Assembly: GCA_963706715.1 (NCBI GenBank) | Contig: CAVPNI010000004.1 | Location: forward strand, 256,001-320,000 | Direction: 5' to 3' | From: an uncultured Verrucomicrobiae bacterium | GTDB lineage: Bacteria; Verrucomicrobiota; Verrucomicrobiia; Chthoniobacterales; Xiphinematobacteraceae | DNA length: 64,000 bases | Shown: piece by piece, positions 1 through 9,345 of the stretch | Layout: the number at the start of each line of letters is the position of its first letter | Position numbering within the stretch: position 1 is the first letter of the stretch | Program-made: the position numbers and the translations under genes | The notes under the pieces: model-generated | The model's input: only the letters and a program-made list of their open reading frames with translations | Databases searched by the model: none | Told to the model about the DNA's origin: nothing

Positions 1-86
1 TAGAAAATTTCCTGCGTTTGTCGCCACCTGTTGCAAACAATAACAACTTGAGTGTCAATTTAAGATAACACTTGCCGAGTGTTATT

Positions 87-301
87 TAGAGCTTGTCCTG
101 AAAACGGCAAAATTGCCCGGAAAAGTCTTTTTACTCTGTTGAATCCCTCTATTTTTATCCATTGATTCGGTTGTTTTTCAGTAATGCCAAAATTATAAAT
201 GCCTGATTTTGGGGAAAATGGCGTTTTTCTGTCTTTTTCTCAAAATTTTTTGCCTCTGGATCGGCTTCATTGCTGCTTCTACGGTTTCAGGACAAGCTCT
301 A
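87..301. mobile_element. MITE with 17-bp terminal inverted repeats (IS5-like ends)
   Basis: TAGAGCTTGTCCTGAAA (87-103) and its exact reverse complement TTTCAGGACAAGCTCTA (285-301); TA at both outer ends; no credible ORF inside. Family assignment is inference. Confidence 0.75.
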
Positions 302-476
302 TTTAATCTCTCCAAGCAATGCTTCCCTTACGATTCCAGATGCATGATCCCTGCAGAAGCATCCGCGCGGGCAAATTGTCATATCCAGATGGATCAATTA
401 AATGTAATCGACTGTGATTTCGATTGCTTTGAAAATTTTTGATTTTCCCTTACCGTCAGATATGGAATTACCGATT

Positions 477-812
477 CCTCGTCAATTGGAGTGGGTGAAT
501 GAGTAGAGAATGCACCCGACTATTGATCCACAACTCAATCCCCCAACCTCCCCTTTGGAGTGAGGATTGGTTGTGGGAAAATGGGCGCCTTTCCTTGATC
601 CAACAATGTCTTCAGTCAAACAGTAGAGCCTCTGCCCATGAACAGTCCAGTTTATGGGATGAATCTACGAACTACCCAGGAACTGGGTTGATTTTGGAAG
701 CCGCTTAGTCCCTGCTTGCAGTTCTTGGGACCGCAATTCGAGACTTCCGCGGTCTTGAGCTACGAACCACCAACTATGCTATTGTTTGGACGCGGGTCCA
801 CTTTCCTGAGCC
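477..812 (-). other. Hairpin-rich non-coding element, possibly an IS110-type non-coding end or bridge-RNA-like remnant
   Basis: Hairpins at 528-576, 674-688, 729-754 and 787-800; 477-524 recurs inverted at 55105-55152 (44/48 identical). Confidence 0.4.
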
Positions 813-833
813 ACTCGTTATGTCGAGGAGCCC

Positions 834-2372
834 TTATTTTTGTTGGCGAAGAAGGTTTTTGCCTGTCATCTCATTCGGTTGCCTCAACCCAAGGAGGAAA
901 AGGAGAGTCGGCGCCACATCGGCCAAGATGCCATTATCTACTTTAAAGTGACTGGCGTCTTTAGAGACAAAAACAAAATGAACTAGGTTGCTAGTGTGTG
1001 CTGTATTAGGCGAACCGTCCGGATTTCGCATCTGCTCACAATTGCCATGATCCGCAGTGACAAGGACGCTTCCTCCCAATGCAAGCGTTGCTTCAACGAC
1101 CTTTTGCACCGCTTGATCGGTGGTTTCAACAGCCCGAATTCCCGCTTCGAGAACCCCGGTATGGCCAACCATGTCCGGATTCGCAAAATTTAAGATTACC
1201 AGATCGTAATTGGGAAGCGCTTCCACTACTGCTTGAGTCACTTCAGATGCGCTCATCTCTGGTTTCAAGTCGTATGTGGCAACATCTTTAGGACTCGGTA
1301 TGATGGTCCGTTCTTCACCCGGAAATTGCTTTTCTAAGCCCCCATTAAAAAAATACGTCACATGAGGATATTTTTCCGTCTCCGCAATGCGCAATTGCCG
1401 GAGTCCTGCCTCACTCACCACTTGGCCTAGGATCTTGTCCAGGGACTGTGGCGGGAAGACAACGGGACAGTCATAAGTACGGTCGTACTCCGTAAGAGTC
1501 ACATAGTGGATCGCAGGAACCATTTCACGGTCAAATCCAGTGAAATCCTTTTGTAGAAATGCAATGCTTAATTGGCGTGCCCGGTCGGCACGAAAATTAA
1601 AGAAAATTACGACGTCGCCATCGCGAATACGCTGCTCATTTGCGTGCGAAAAAATAATGGGTTTAAGAAATTCGTCAGTTTCTCCTTCTTGGTAACGTTT
1701 GGATATGGCGACGGAGGGAGTGTCCTTCGATTTTTCTCCACGTCCTAAAACTATGGCATCCCAAGCTAATTTATTTCTCTCCCAGCGCTTATCACGATCC
1801 ATAGCAAAATAGCGACCAACGACTGTCGCAATTTTTGCGCCACTAGGCGCTAAGCCATGTGTCAGAGCTGCCAAGTAGTGAGCCCCACCGGTAGGAGAAG
1901 TATCTCGCCCATCGGTAATCGCGTGAACTAGAATATCCGTCACACCGGCTGCATGGGCAGCATTTGCCAGCTCCACCAGATGAGCCTGATGGCTATGAAC
2001 TCCTCCATCAGAAACAAGACCCAAAAAGTGCAGTCTGTGTCCACGAGCTTTGGCAAAGGCTTCTTGCAAGACTGGATTTGTCATTAATTCGCCTTGCTGA
2101 ATGGCCTTATTAATTCGGGTCAAATCTTGGTATACAATGCGGCCCGCTCCGAGATTGAGATGACCGACCTCACTATTTCCCATCTGGCCTTTTGGCAAGC
2201 CGACATTCTCTCCACTGGCATTGAGTGTTCCCCATGGGTAGGTACTATATAGAGAATCGTGAAATGAAGTCCTGGCTAATAAAGTAGCGTCTCCATTTTC
2301 CTCGGCTTTGGAAGGCCCTCCTGGATTAATGCCCCAACCATCCCGGATGATGAGCACGACGGGTTTATGCAT
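834..2372 (-). CDS. gpmI: 2,3-bisphosphoglycerate-independent phosphoglycerate mutase
   Basis: Motifs LIIRDGWG, GQMGNSEVGHLNLGAGR, SDGGVHSH, DGRDT, AETEKYPHVTYFFNGG, NPDMVGHTG, TADHGN. Confidence 0.97.
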   Translation of the reverse strand: MHKPVVLIIRDGWGINPGGPSKAEENGDATLLARTSFHDSLYSTYPWGTLNASGENVGLPKGQMGNSEVGHLNLGAGRIVYQDLTRINKAIQQGELMTNPVLQEAFAKARGHRLHFLGLVSDGGVHSHQAHLVELANAAHAAGVTDILVHAITDGRDTSPTGGAHYLAALTHGLAPSGAKIATVVGRYFAMDRDKRWERNKLAWDAIVLGRGEKSKDTPSVAISKRYQEGETDEFLKPIIFSHANEQRIRDGDVVIFFNFRADRARQLSIAFLQKDFTGFDREMVPAIHYVTLTEYDRTYDCPVVFPPQSLDKILGQVVSEAGLRQLRIAETEKYPHVTYFFNGGLEKQFPGEERTIIPSPKDVATYDLKPEMSASEVTQAVVEALPNYDLVILNFANPDMVGHTGVLEAGIRAVETTDQAVQKVVEATLALGGSVLVTADHGNCEQMRNPDGSPNTAHTSNLVHFVFVSKDASHFKVDNGILADVAPTLLFLLGLRQPNEMTGKNLLRQQK

Positions 2373-2397
2373 ATAGGGTCTTGCTTGTCAGTCGGAA

Positions 2398-2584
2398 GTT
2401 GTAACTGACGTTACGTTCTTTTAGAAGCTCTGGGAGCAAAAAAAGGCCATTCTCACCAACAAATGACTCTTTTTTGCGTAACATCACGTTGTAACTGACG
2501 TCACGTTCTTTTAGAAGCTCTGAGAGCAAAAAAAGGCCATTCTCACCAACAAATGACTCTTTTTTGCATAACATCACGTTGTAA
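2398..2584 (+). repeat. Two tandem family-A elements (90-bp period)
   Basis: CTGACGTTACG...CGTAACATCAC units separated and flanked by GTTGTAA at 2398, 2488 and 2578. Confidence 0.9.
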
Positions 2585-2647
2585 GTCAGAAGTTCACGGG
2601 TTTTTGTGTCTCTCCGATTCTGTTATCTCTCATGAACGCGGCTATCC

Positions 2648-3925
2648 CTATGAATCACAGCCGATTTTGGAACCACGAAAACCGTAGTAGACAATATAAA
2701 GATAACAGAGGGCTGGCACAAAGAAAGAGTGATGGATGGAAAAACGATCCGCCGCATATCCCATGATAACCGGGACAATAGCTCCACCAACAATTGCCAT
2801 AATCAAAAGGCTGGATCCTCGGCTCGTCAAATGCCCCAGCTCGCGAATGCCTAAGGTAAAGATGTTGGGAAACATGATTGAATTGAACAGTCCGATTGCC
2901 AAGGCTGCCCATACTGCAAACCAGCCTTGTGCAATGTACGCAAATACACAAAGCACCACAGCGACGACAGCATTAAAACCGAGAAGCCATCCTGCATTTA
3001 TTTTCTGCAACAAGGCAGAACCAATAAAGCGACCCACCATCGCACCACCCCAATAGTAACAGACGTACGTGGCTGCATTCTGATGACTAATTCCCACTGT
3101 TGTGGACATAAAATTAATCAGATAGCTCCCGATGGATACCTCGGCTCCCACGTAAAGAAAGATCCCAATACAACCGAGTGACAGATGGGGAACTCGCAAC
3201 GCATCCATTAAAGTTCCATGATGCTCCCGGTCCTCTTCCACTGCGCTCAATGTAGGAAGTTTAAAATTACCAATGATGATGGCCAGAATCAGAAGTGCTG
3301 CTGTCAGAATTAAATAAGGTATTTTAACAGCGGCTGCTTCCGCCATTTTGTCCATCACAACTGCTGTCCCAGCGCTGGCTCCCGCCAAGATCAACCAACC
3401 ACCAAACTGGGGCGCAATAGTGGTGCCCAGAGAGTTAAAGGCCTGAGCCAAATTTAACCGACTAGAGGCCGTTTCCGGCTTTCCAAGTGCGGCAACAAAG
3501 GGATTTGCAGCGACTTGAAGAATTGTAATGCCTGAAGCGAGGACAAAAAGAGCCCCAAGAAAATAAGGATAAGAAATCAAGGATGCCGCCGGATAAAAAA
3601 GCAGCGTCCCGACCGCCGCAGTAACAAGCCCCGCCACCATTCCCCTTTGATAGCCTAGCCAAGCCACAATCTTGCCGGCGGGAAGCGACATCACAAAGTA
3701 AGCGCCAAAAAAAACAAATTGAATGAGTGATGCTTCCACATAATTCAAACTGAAAACCACCTTCAAGTGGGGAACCAGGATGTCATTCAAACAAGTCAGA
3801 AAACCCCACATGAAAAATAGCCCGGTCACTACGACCAGCGCTTTTCGTAATGTTCGTTGTGACGCTGGAAGAGAATCTGTTTGGAAACCGTTATCTACGC
3901 TTTGATCTGAGGACAATGGGGTCAT
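2648..3925 (-). CDS. gluP: Glucose/galactose (FucP/GluP family) MFS transporter
   Basis: FFMWGFLTCLNDILVPHLK, LQVAANPFV, RLNLAQAFNSLG, FLYVGAEVSIGS, NSIMFP; hydrophobic multi-pass pattern. Confidence 0.9.
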   Translation of the reverse strand: MTPLSSDQSVDNGFQTDSLPASQRTLRKALVVVTGLFFMWGFLTCLNDILVPHLKVVFSLNYVEASLIQFVFFGAYFVMSLPAGKIVAWLGYQRGMVAGLVTAAVGTLLFYPAASLISYPYFLGALFVLASGITILQVAANPFVAALGKPETASSRLNLAQAFNSLGTTIAPQFGGWLILAGASAGTAVVMDKMAEAAAVKIPYLILTAALLILAIIIGNFKLPTLSAVEEDREHHGTLMDALRVPHLSLGCIGIFLYVGAEVSIGSYLINFMSTTVGISHQNAATYVCYYWGGAMVGRFIGSALLQKINAGWLLGFNAVVAVVLCVFAYIAQGWFAVWAALAIGLFNSIMFPNIFTLGIRELGHLTSRGSSLLIMAIVGGAIVPVIMGYAADRFSIHHSFFVPALCYLYIVYYGFRGSKIGCDS

Positions 3926-4186
3926 GGGAAGAAGTATTTGTTTGTGTGAAAAAAACGCCGAAATGGGTAAGATGTTACACCTTCCGGCAGTTATTGTTTT
4001 TATAACTCCCTGGGAGCCTATGTTTGGCCCAAGAGCGTTATGGAGGAAGTCCTTACTCTAAAATATGTTGCAGCGCTATTCAATTTTTACAAATAGTTCA
4101 TAACTATTTGAAAAACATTATATTACGGCATAAAATTTTCCAGGAAGGTCTCTGTGCTTTGCTTGGAAGCAAAGGTCATCTGCGCT

Positions 4187-4312
4187 GCTGATTTCGTCAG
4201 TTTCCTTTAGAATCCCTGAATTGCAAACGACATCTGTTCCATCTACAAGCTTGTAGATCAAAAAAGACTTTATTTGCAATTCAGGGCTCCTAAAGGAAAC
4301 CAGCGAAGCTGG
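4187..4312. repeat. Family-D palindromic repeat (REP/REPIN-like)
   Basis: Inverted arms TTTCCTTTAG..CCCTGAATTGCAAA around the central palindrome TCTACAAGCTTGTAGA; terminal hairpin CCAGC-GAA-GCTGG. Confidence 0.85.
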
Positions 4313-4343
4313 GAGCGGAGTCCACCAACACAGCGCAGCATCC

Positions 4344-5807
4344 ATGGAATCCGACCGTTCTTCTCTGCTACTCAACGATCTCTATGAGCTCACCATGGCC
4401 TATGGATATTGGAAAAATCAAATGCATGAGCAGGAGGCACTCTTCAATCTTGTCTTTCGTAAAAATCCTTTCCAGGGCAGTTACAGCATAGCTTGTGGAT
4501 TAGGGGACACCATCGATTACCTCCAACATCTGCAACTCAGCAACCAGGAATGCGACTACCTGGCGGGCCTTACCGGTCGAGACAAACGCCCCTTATTTGA
4601 AGAGAAATTTTTGACCTATCTGCAACAAATGCGCTTTTCCTGCGATGTCGACGCAATCCCGGAGGGCACCATTGTCTTCCCTCACGAGCCAATCATCCGG
4701 GTCCGAGGTCCCATCCTGCAAGCCCAGCTAGTGGAACCAGTACTTTTGAATCTCATCGATTTTCAAACATTGATCGCTACAAAGGCCAGCCGTATCTGTA
4801 CCGCCGCGGACGGCGATCCTGTCATTGAATTTGGTCTCCGTCGAGCCCAAGGCATCGATGGCGCTATAAGTGCAAGCCGTGCTGCCTATATCGGTGGTTG
4901 TACCGGTACCTCCAATGTACTCGCTGCCATGCGTTATGGCATTCCGGTCTTCGGAACGCATGCACATAGCTGGATCATGGCGTTTGATGACGAAAAAAAG
5001 TCTTTCGAAGCCTATGCTCGCGCGCAACCTAATAACTCCATCTTTTTGGTTGATACCTATGATACGCTCACGGGGGTTCGCAATGCTGTCGAGGTCGCCA
5101 AAAAATTGCGGCAGCGGGGGCATCAGGCACTTGGGATTCGATTAGACTCGGGTGACTTGGCCTACCTCAGTGTCGAGGCACGCAAAATTCTTGATGAAGC
5201 CGGATTCCCGGAAATGGCTATCGTTGCCACCAACGAATTGGATGAACATATTATCACAAGTCTAAAAAATCAGGGCGCTCGGGTGAATGTGTGGGGTATT
5301 GGTACAAAGCTTGTCACTGCTTATGATCAGCCCGTATTAGGCGGCGTTTATAAATTATCCGCCCTAAAACAGAAAGATGGGCACTGGAGCCCTCGCCTCA
5401 AACTCTCGGAGCAATTGTTCAAAATATCCACTCCGGGCATCTTGCAAGTCCGGCGTTTTCAGCTAGAGGGACAGTTTATCGGAGACATGATTTACGATGA
5501 GCTGTCTCCTCGGAGAGACGACAGCGTCCTCCGCCATCCAACGGATGTTACACGGAGCAAGCGGATTCCAGCCGCCGCAATCGCCGAAAATCTGCTAGTT
5601 CCCGTATTTCAAAGAGGCAAAAAAATTTATCCCGATATCAGTCTTCAAGAGATTCGACAACGCGTGGCAACTCAACTGCAACAATTGCACCCTAGTATTA
5701 GACGACTCCTTAACCCGCACGAGTATCCAGTCGGAATGGAATCCAGCCTTCATCAGATGAAGACTGATTTGATACTCAAATTGAGGAAATCGTTAGCATC
5801 CGCCTGA
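4344..5807 (+). CDS. pncB: Nicotinate phosphoribosyltransferase
   Basis: DLYELTM, EFGLRRAQG, GTHAHSW, LVDTYDT, GIRLDSGDL, LGGVYKL. Confidence 0.96.
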   Translation: MESDRSSLLLNDLYELTMAYGYWKNQMHEQEALFNLVFRKNPFQGSYSIACGLGDTIDYLQHLQLSNQECDYLAGLTGRDKRPLFEEKFLTYLQQMRFSCDVDAIPEGTIVFPHEPIIRVRGPILQAQLVEPVLLNLIDFQTLIATKASRICTAADGDPVIEFGLRRAQGIDGAISASRAAYIGGCTGTSNVLAAMRYGIPVFGTHAHSWIMAFDDEKKSFEAYARAQPNNSIFLVDTYDTLTGVRNAVEVAKKLRQRGHQALGIRLDSGDLAYLSVEARKILDEAGFPEMAIVATNELDEHIITSLKNQGARVNVWGIGTKLVTAYDQPVLGGVYKLSALKQKDGHWSPRLKLSEQLFKISTPGILQVRRFQLEGQFIGDMIYDELSPRRDDSVLRHPTDVTRSKRIPAAAIAENLLVPVFQRGKKIYPDISLQEIRQRVATQLQQLHPSIRRLLNPHEYPVGMESSLHQMKTDLILKLRKSLASA

Positions 5808-5842
5808 GAAATTAAAATCCATGTTTTATCCCACATTCCTAG

Positions 5843-6183
5843 CTAGAGCATTTTATATTTAAGTATAGCAAGGCCCGTATAAAATGATCATGGATTTGAC
5901 TGAAATTTTGGCTCCAGGCAAGACGCAAAAAAGAGGCCATATCTGTAGATACGGACTATTTTTTGCAACAAAGCTTGGAGGCAACACCTGGCCATGGGAA
6001 CGGCCGGGGTAGACTTGCCGAAGGCAAGCCCCGAAGGGGCGAGACTCAGCGGGGCTGAGCGAGTCAAAAGGGCGGCAAAGGCGTAATCATTTTATACGGG
6101 CTTTGCTATAGTTACAGTATTTCCATATCCTGCTTGCAGCATGCCCAGTTTAATTGTGTCTATTTAAATGTAAAATTCTCTAG
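5843..6183. mobile_element. Small IS630-like MITE interrupted by a family-B MITE
   Basis: Left end CTAGAGCATTTTATATTTAAGTA matches reverse complement of right end CTAGAGAATTTTACATTTAAATA. Confidence 0.65.
5864..6110 (+). mobile_element. Family-B MITE, long form (247 bp including TA flanks)
   Basis: Ends TATAGCAAGGCCCGTATAAAATGA / TCATTTTATACGGGCTTTGCTATA; near-identical copies at 48953-49199 and 59312-59558. Confidence 0.92.
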
Positions 6184-6263
6184 AACTTCCTTTTTAATGT
6201 GTCCAATCCACAGGGTCAGGCCACAGCAAAGGCACGCTCATTTTATATCTTATTCTGCTATAC

Positions 6264-9113
6264 TCAGAAATTATAATTCATCCCCACCAGGATGGCATGG
6301 GAAGTGATTTGCCCGCCGCCAAATTGCGGATTGTAGTAGAAATATCCACCGATATTTTTTCTGAGCTGAACGGCAATTCCGGCCGTTCCAAAAGCTTGGT
6401 TCCGTGCTCCGGTGACATTGGGAACAATAAAGCTGGGCCCCGCACCGTCAAGGAATGCTCCGACAGCATTCCTTTCATAGTTGAGAAATTCATGTTGCCA
6501 GGAAAGGCCTACGGTAGGGATGATCCTGCAATTTGGAAATGCCTCCCAAATATAAGAAACGCTGCCTCCCAATGTATACATGAGGGAATTGGCATATTGA
6601 CGATCCATTCTCACCCCCGGCCGATTCTCCGGGCCTCCGTGGCTGGTAAAGGCAGAGATCCCCAGGTAGGTATATTGGATGGAATTGTTGGCTCCAAATC
6701 TCCAGTTGCCGAGGTTAAATTCATATCCGCCTCCCAATAAGGAGTCGAGTTCCCAGACATTGGGGTTACCACGGAAGGTTTGGTGCATGTTCACGATGTT
6801 GATAGTGCTAGCCAGATTGAAACCGGAATAGCCTCCGCCTACCAGGGCGTTGAGATAAAATCCATTCCACTGCCCGGTCCCATAAAAACCAAATTTTACT
6901 CCATTGCTGCGTAACCAGGAATTATTGCTGAGCGTGGCTCGGATCCCCTGATAGCCCACATAGGTTCCCGCGTTCATGTACCGATTGATTTGGCAATCGG
7001 CTCCGGTACTAAAGTAACCCGTGGTGGATCTGATATTTGGGAGATCCGATACGTTGGTAATTTTGGAAAAGACTCCTGCGGCTGAGGCAAAGATGTTCCA
7101 TGGGGAGGGTTCCGGATTCTGGTAAGCCACTACATTTCCTTTCCTGTCGCGCAAGGTGGCTTCATGTTTGCTCATTTGTTGTTGCATGGGTTCCACGCTC
7201 AGCCCTTGGAGGGTGATCCCGCTAGCGCCTGCACGCAGAGCTGCTAGCCGATCGGTCATCTGTCCGTATTGCGCATTGGTCACATTGAAGAGGATGTCTT
7301 TGATGCTGACGGCTATTACCGGCGCGAGTTGGTCCAGCTCGGCGGCTATTTCATCAGCGGGAAGCGAGAGCAGTGCCAGGATGATTTCCAGAAGTTCGGG
7401 GCTCAGTTCCCCTTCGGCAATCAGCTCGTTGAGTGCCTCGGCAATGGATTCTTCCAGTGGCGTGGTTCCCGTGAACAATTGTGCCAATATCACATCATTG
7501 GGAGTATAAATAACGTTCAAGCCAAGATCCTCATTTATGATTACATCACTAAAAGTTCCGTTCACTCCTCCGGCGGCTGTCAGGATGGTAAATTCCGCGT
7601 CTGGGTCAGGAGTAAAATCAGGCTGAGTAACCACCTCTAAGACGCCATCCAGAAAGGCAGGCCCTCCCACAATGACTTGGTCAAAAGAAGTGTCGCTATC
7701 CAGCTCCATGAGTAATGTTCCATCGGAGAGCTGTGTGTAACTGCCGTTAATTGTAATAGTGCCAGAGGAAGTTCCCGGGCTGAGCACGCCGGAGTTCAGG
7801 ACATTACCAGCAAGGGTTCCTGTGCCTCTTAATATTCCATTAGAATTAATTATTACGTTTGCGCTGGCAAGTCGTCCGGTTACAGTCAATTGGCCTGCGT
7901 CGATCCTAGTAGCGCCAGTATAGGTGTTGTTCCCAGTCAGCACCTGTGTTCCATTCCCCACTTTGTTCATAAACAGTTGGCCTGATCCATCCTCGAGAAC
8001 TCCACTAAACGTTCCATTGGCGCTAGTATTCCCTATGCTAAGAGTCGCGGCACCCCCATTGTTGGTGACGATAGCTCCGGAGGGTCCTGAAAGCGCGCCT
8101 ATGGTCCCATTAAATCCTCTCAGGTCCAAAGTTGCTCCACTTGCCATTGAAACATTTGAATTTGGGCTGAAGGCGTTTGTTGTTCCTTGCCCCAAAATGC
8201 CTGAGTTTAAGAAGGTGCTTCCCGAATAGGTGTTTTGTCCTCCTAGTATTGTAATCCCAGTCGTATTATTCTGAACAGTACCCACTCCGGAAATCACTCC
8301 GGGGATAGCCCTTGGAGTGTTGACAAAAATCAAGTTGGAATTATTTACAATATTTCCCGCTATGAATCCATCATTGCTTGCATTCCCAATCTGAAGATTT
8401 CCACCCTGAATAAATGTGGTTCCCGTATAGGTATTATCTCCAATTATTGCAAGGGAGCCGGAGCTTCCCTGAAACGTCAAATTGCCATTACCCCCAATCC
8501 TAACACCCATTGTAAGATTCGTAAATGATCCCATATTAATGGTTCCCCCATTGGAACCTAAAGTGGTGCCACCAGGACCAATACAACATATTATTTGATT
8601 GCCACTTGCGCTAGCAGCAAGGGTCCCTCCATTGAATAAAAAAAATGCTGAATTAGAGCCAACAACTGATTGCGTAGTAAGTATGCCTCCAAACAAGTTA
8701 ACAGAAGCATTGCCACTGAGCAGCACAATCATTCCGCCTATGTTTGCGGAGCCCCCATTGATCGTCAAAGTTTGAGTGGTATCTATGTTTACATTACCAC
8801 TATTGTTCCAGGAGCCTCCCGAATTAACAGTAACCGTCGCGGAATTTCCGGGACCTATATTTGTCGTATTTGAGACTGCTCCGCCCGTACTAGCATCTAT
8901 AATTGGATTGATTACGCCTGGTAGACCAGTGAGGCGAATGTTTGCTGTGCCTGAAGCCTGCGGAACACCGTTGGTCCAGTTTGAGGCCTGGCCCCAATTG
9001 CCAGTCAATTGCAACCAGACTGTCGATTGAGCATAAACAGGCTTACAAAAACCTAAAAATATTACCACCGCCAGGATAATGGGGTTGATGAAATATTTCA
9101 TTATGGGGGGCAT
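6264..9113 (-). CDS. Autotransporter (type Va) with passenger-associated beta-strand repeats
   Basis: Signal peptide; G/N/T-rich passenger with repeats GDNTYTGTTFIQGGNL, GQNTYSGSTFLNSGIL, KVGNGTQVLTGNNTYTGATRIDAGQL; C-terminal beta-barrel ending NYNF. Confidence 0.92.
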   Translation of the reverse strand: MPPIMKYFINPIILAVVIFLGFCKPVYAQSTVWLQLTGNWGQASNWTNGVPQASGTANIRLTGLPGVINPIIDASTGGAVSNTTNIGPGNSATVTVNSGGSWNNSGNVNIDTTQTLTINGGSANIGGMIVLLSGNASVNLFGGILTTQSVVGSNSAFFLFNGGTLAASASGNQIICCIGPGGTTLGSNGGTINMGSFTNLTMGVRIGGNGNLTFQGSSGSLAIIGDNTYTGTTFIQGGNLQIGNASNDGFIAGNIVNNSNLIFVNTPRAIPGVISGVGTVQNNTTGITILGGQNTYSGSTFLNSGILGQGTTNAFSPNSNVSMASGATLDLRGFNGTIGALSGPSGAIVTNNGGAATLSIGNTSANGTFSGVLEDGSGQLFMNKVGNGTQVLTGNNTYTGATRIDAGQLTVTGRLASANVIINSNGILRGTGTLAGNVLNSGVLSPGTSSGTITINGSYTQLSDGTLLMELDSDTSFDQVIVGGPAFLDGVLEVVTQPDFTPDPDAEFTILTAAGGVNGTFSDVIINEDLGLNVIYTPNDVILAQLFTGTTPLEESIAEALNELIAEGELSPELLEIILALLSLPADEIAAELDQLAPVIAVSIKDILFNVTNAQYGQMTDRLAALRAGASGITLQGLSVEPMQQQMSKHEATLRDRKGNVVAYQNPEPSPWNIFASAAGVFSKITNVSDLPNIRSTTGYFSTGADCQINRYMNAGTYVGYQGIRATLSNNSWLRSNGVKFGFYGTGQWNGFYLNALVGGGYSGFNLASTINIVNMHQTFRGNPNVWELDSLLGGGYEFNLGNWRFGANNSIQYTYLGISAFTSHGGPENRPGVRMDRQYANSLMYTLGGSVSYIWEAFPNCRIIPTVGLSWQHEFLNYERNAVGAFLDGAGPSFIVPNVTGARNQAFGTAGIAVQLRKNIGGYFYYNPQFGGGQITSHAILVGMNYNF

Positions 9114-9345
9114 TTTTAGTAAAAATGCGTAACAAGCTCAAAACGAATATGATATACATAAAATGTCAAATAAAATTTTGCTTTTTATTACTGTATTCAA
9201 AAATTGGACATCGGAAATTCCGCAAAAGAAGAAAAACGAACTTCCCCCGAAATGTTGGAAAGCGCCCTGCGCTTATCGTAACTTTGAGCGTAATTGCCAG
9301 GCAGTATTTGCTCGCTCCATCGCCTCTGTCAGGCTACTACAATTA

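Noticed and set aside
209..946. Three short plus-strand ORFs
   Set aside because: They overlap a MITE, structured non-coding DNA or gpmI antisense and have no motifs.
2365..2577. 70-aa repetitive ORF, and similar ORFs at 12616, 21757, 21863, 48575, 48586, 54251 and 59435
   Set aside because: These are translations of family A, B or C repeats.
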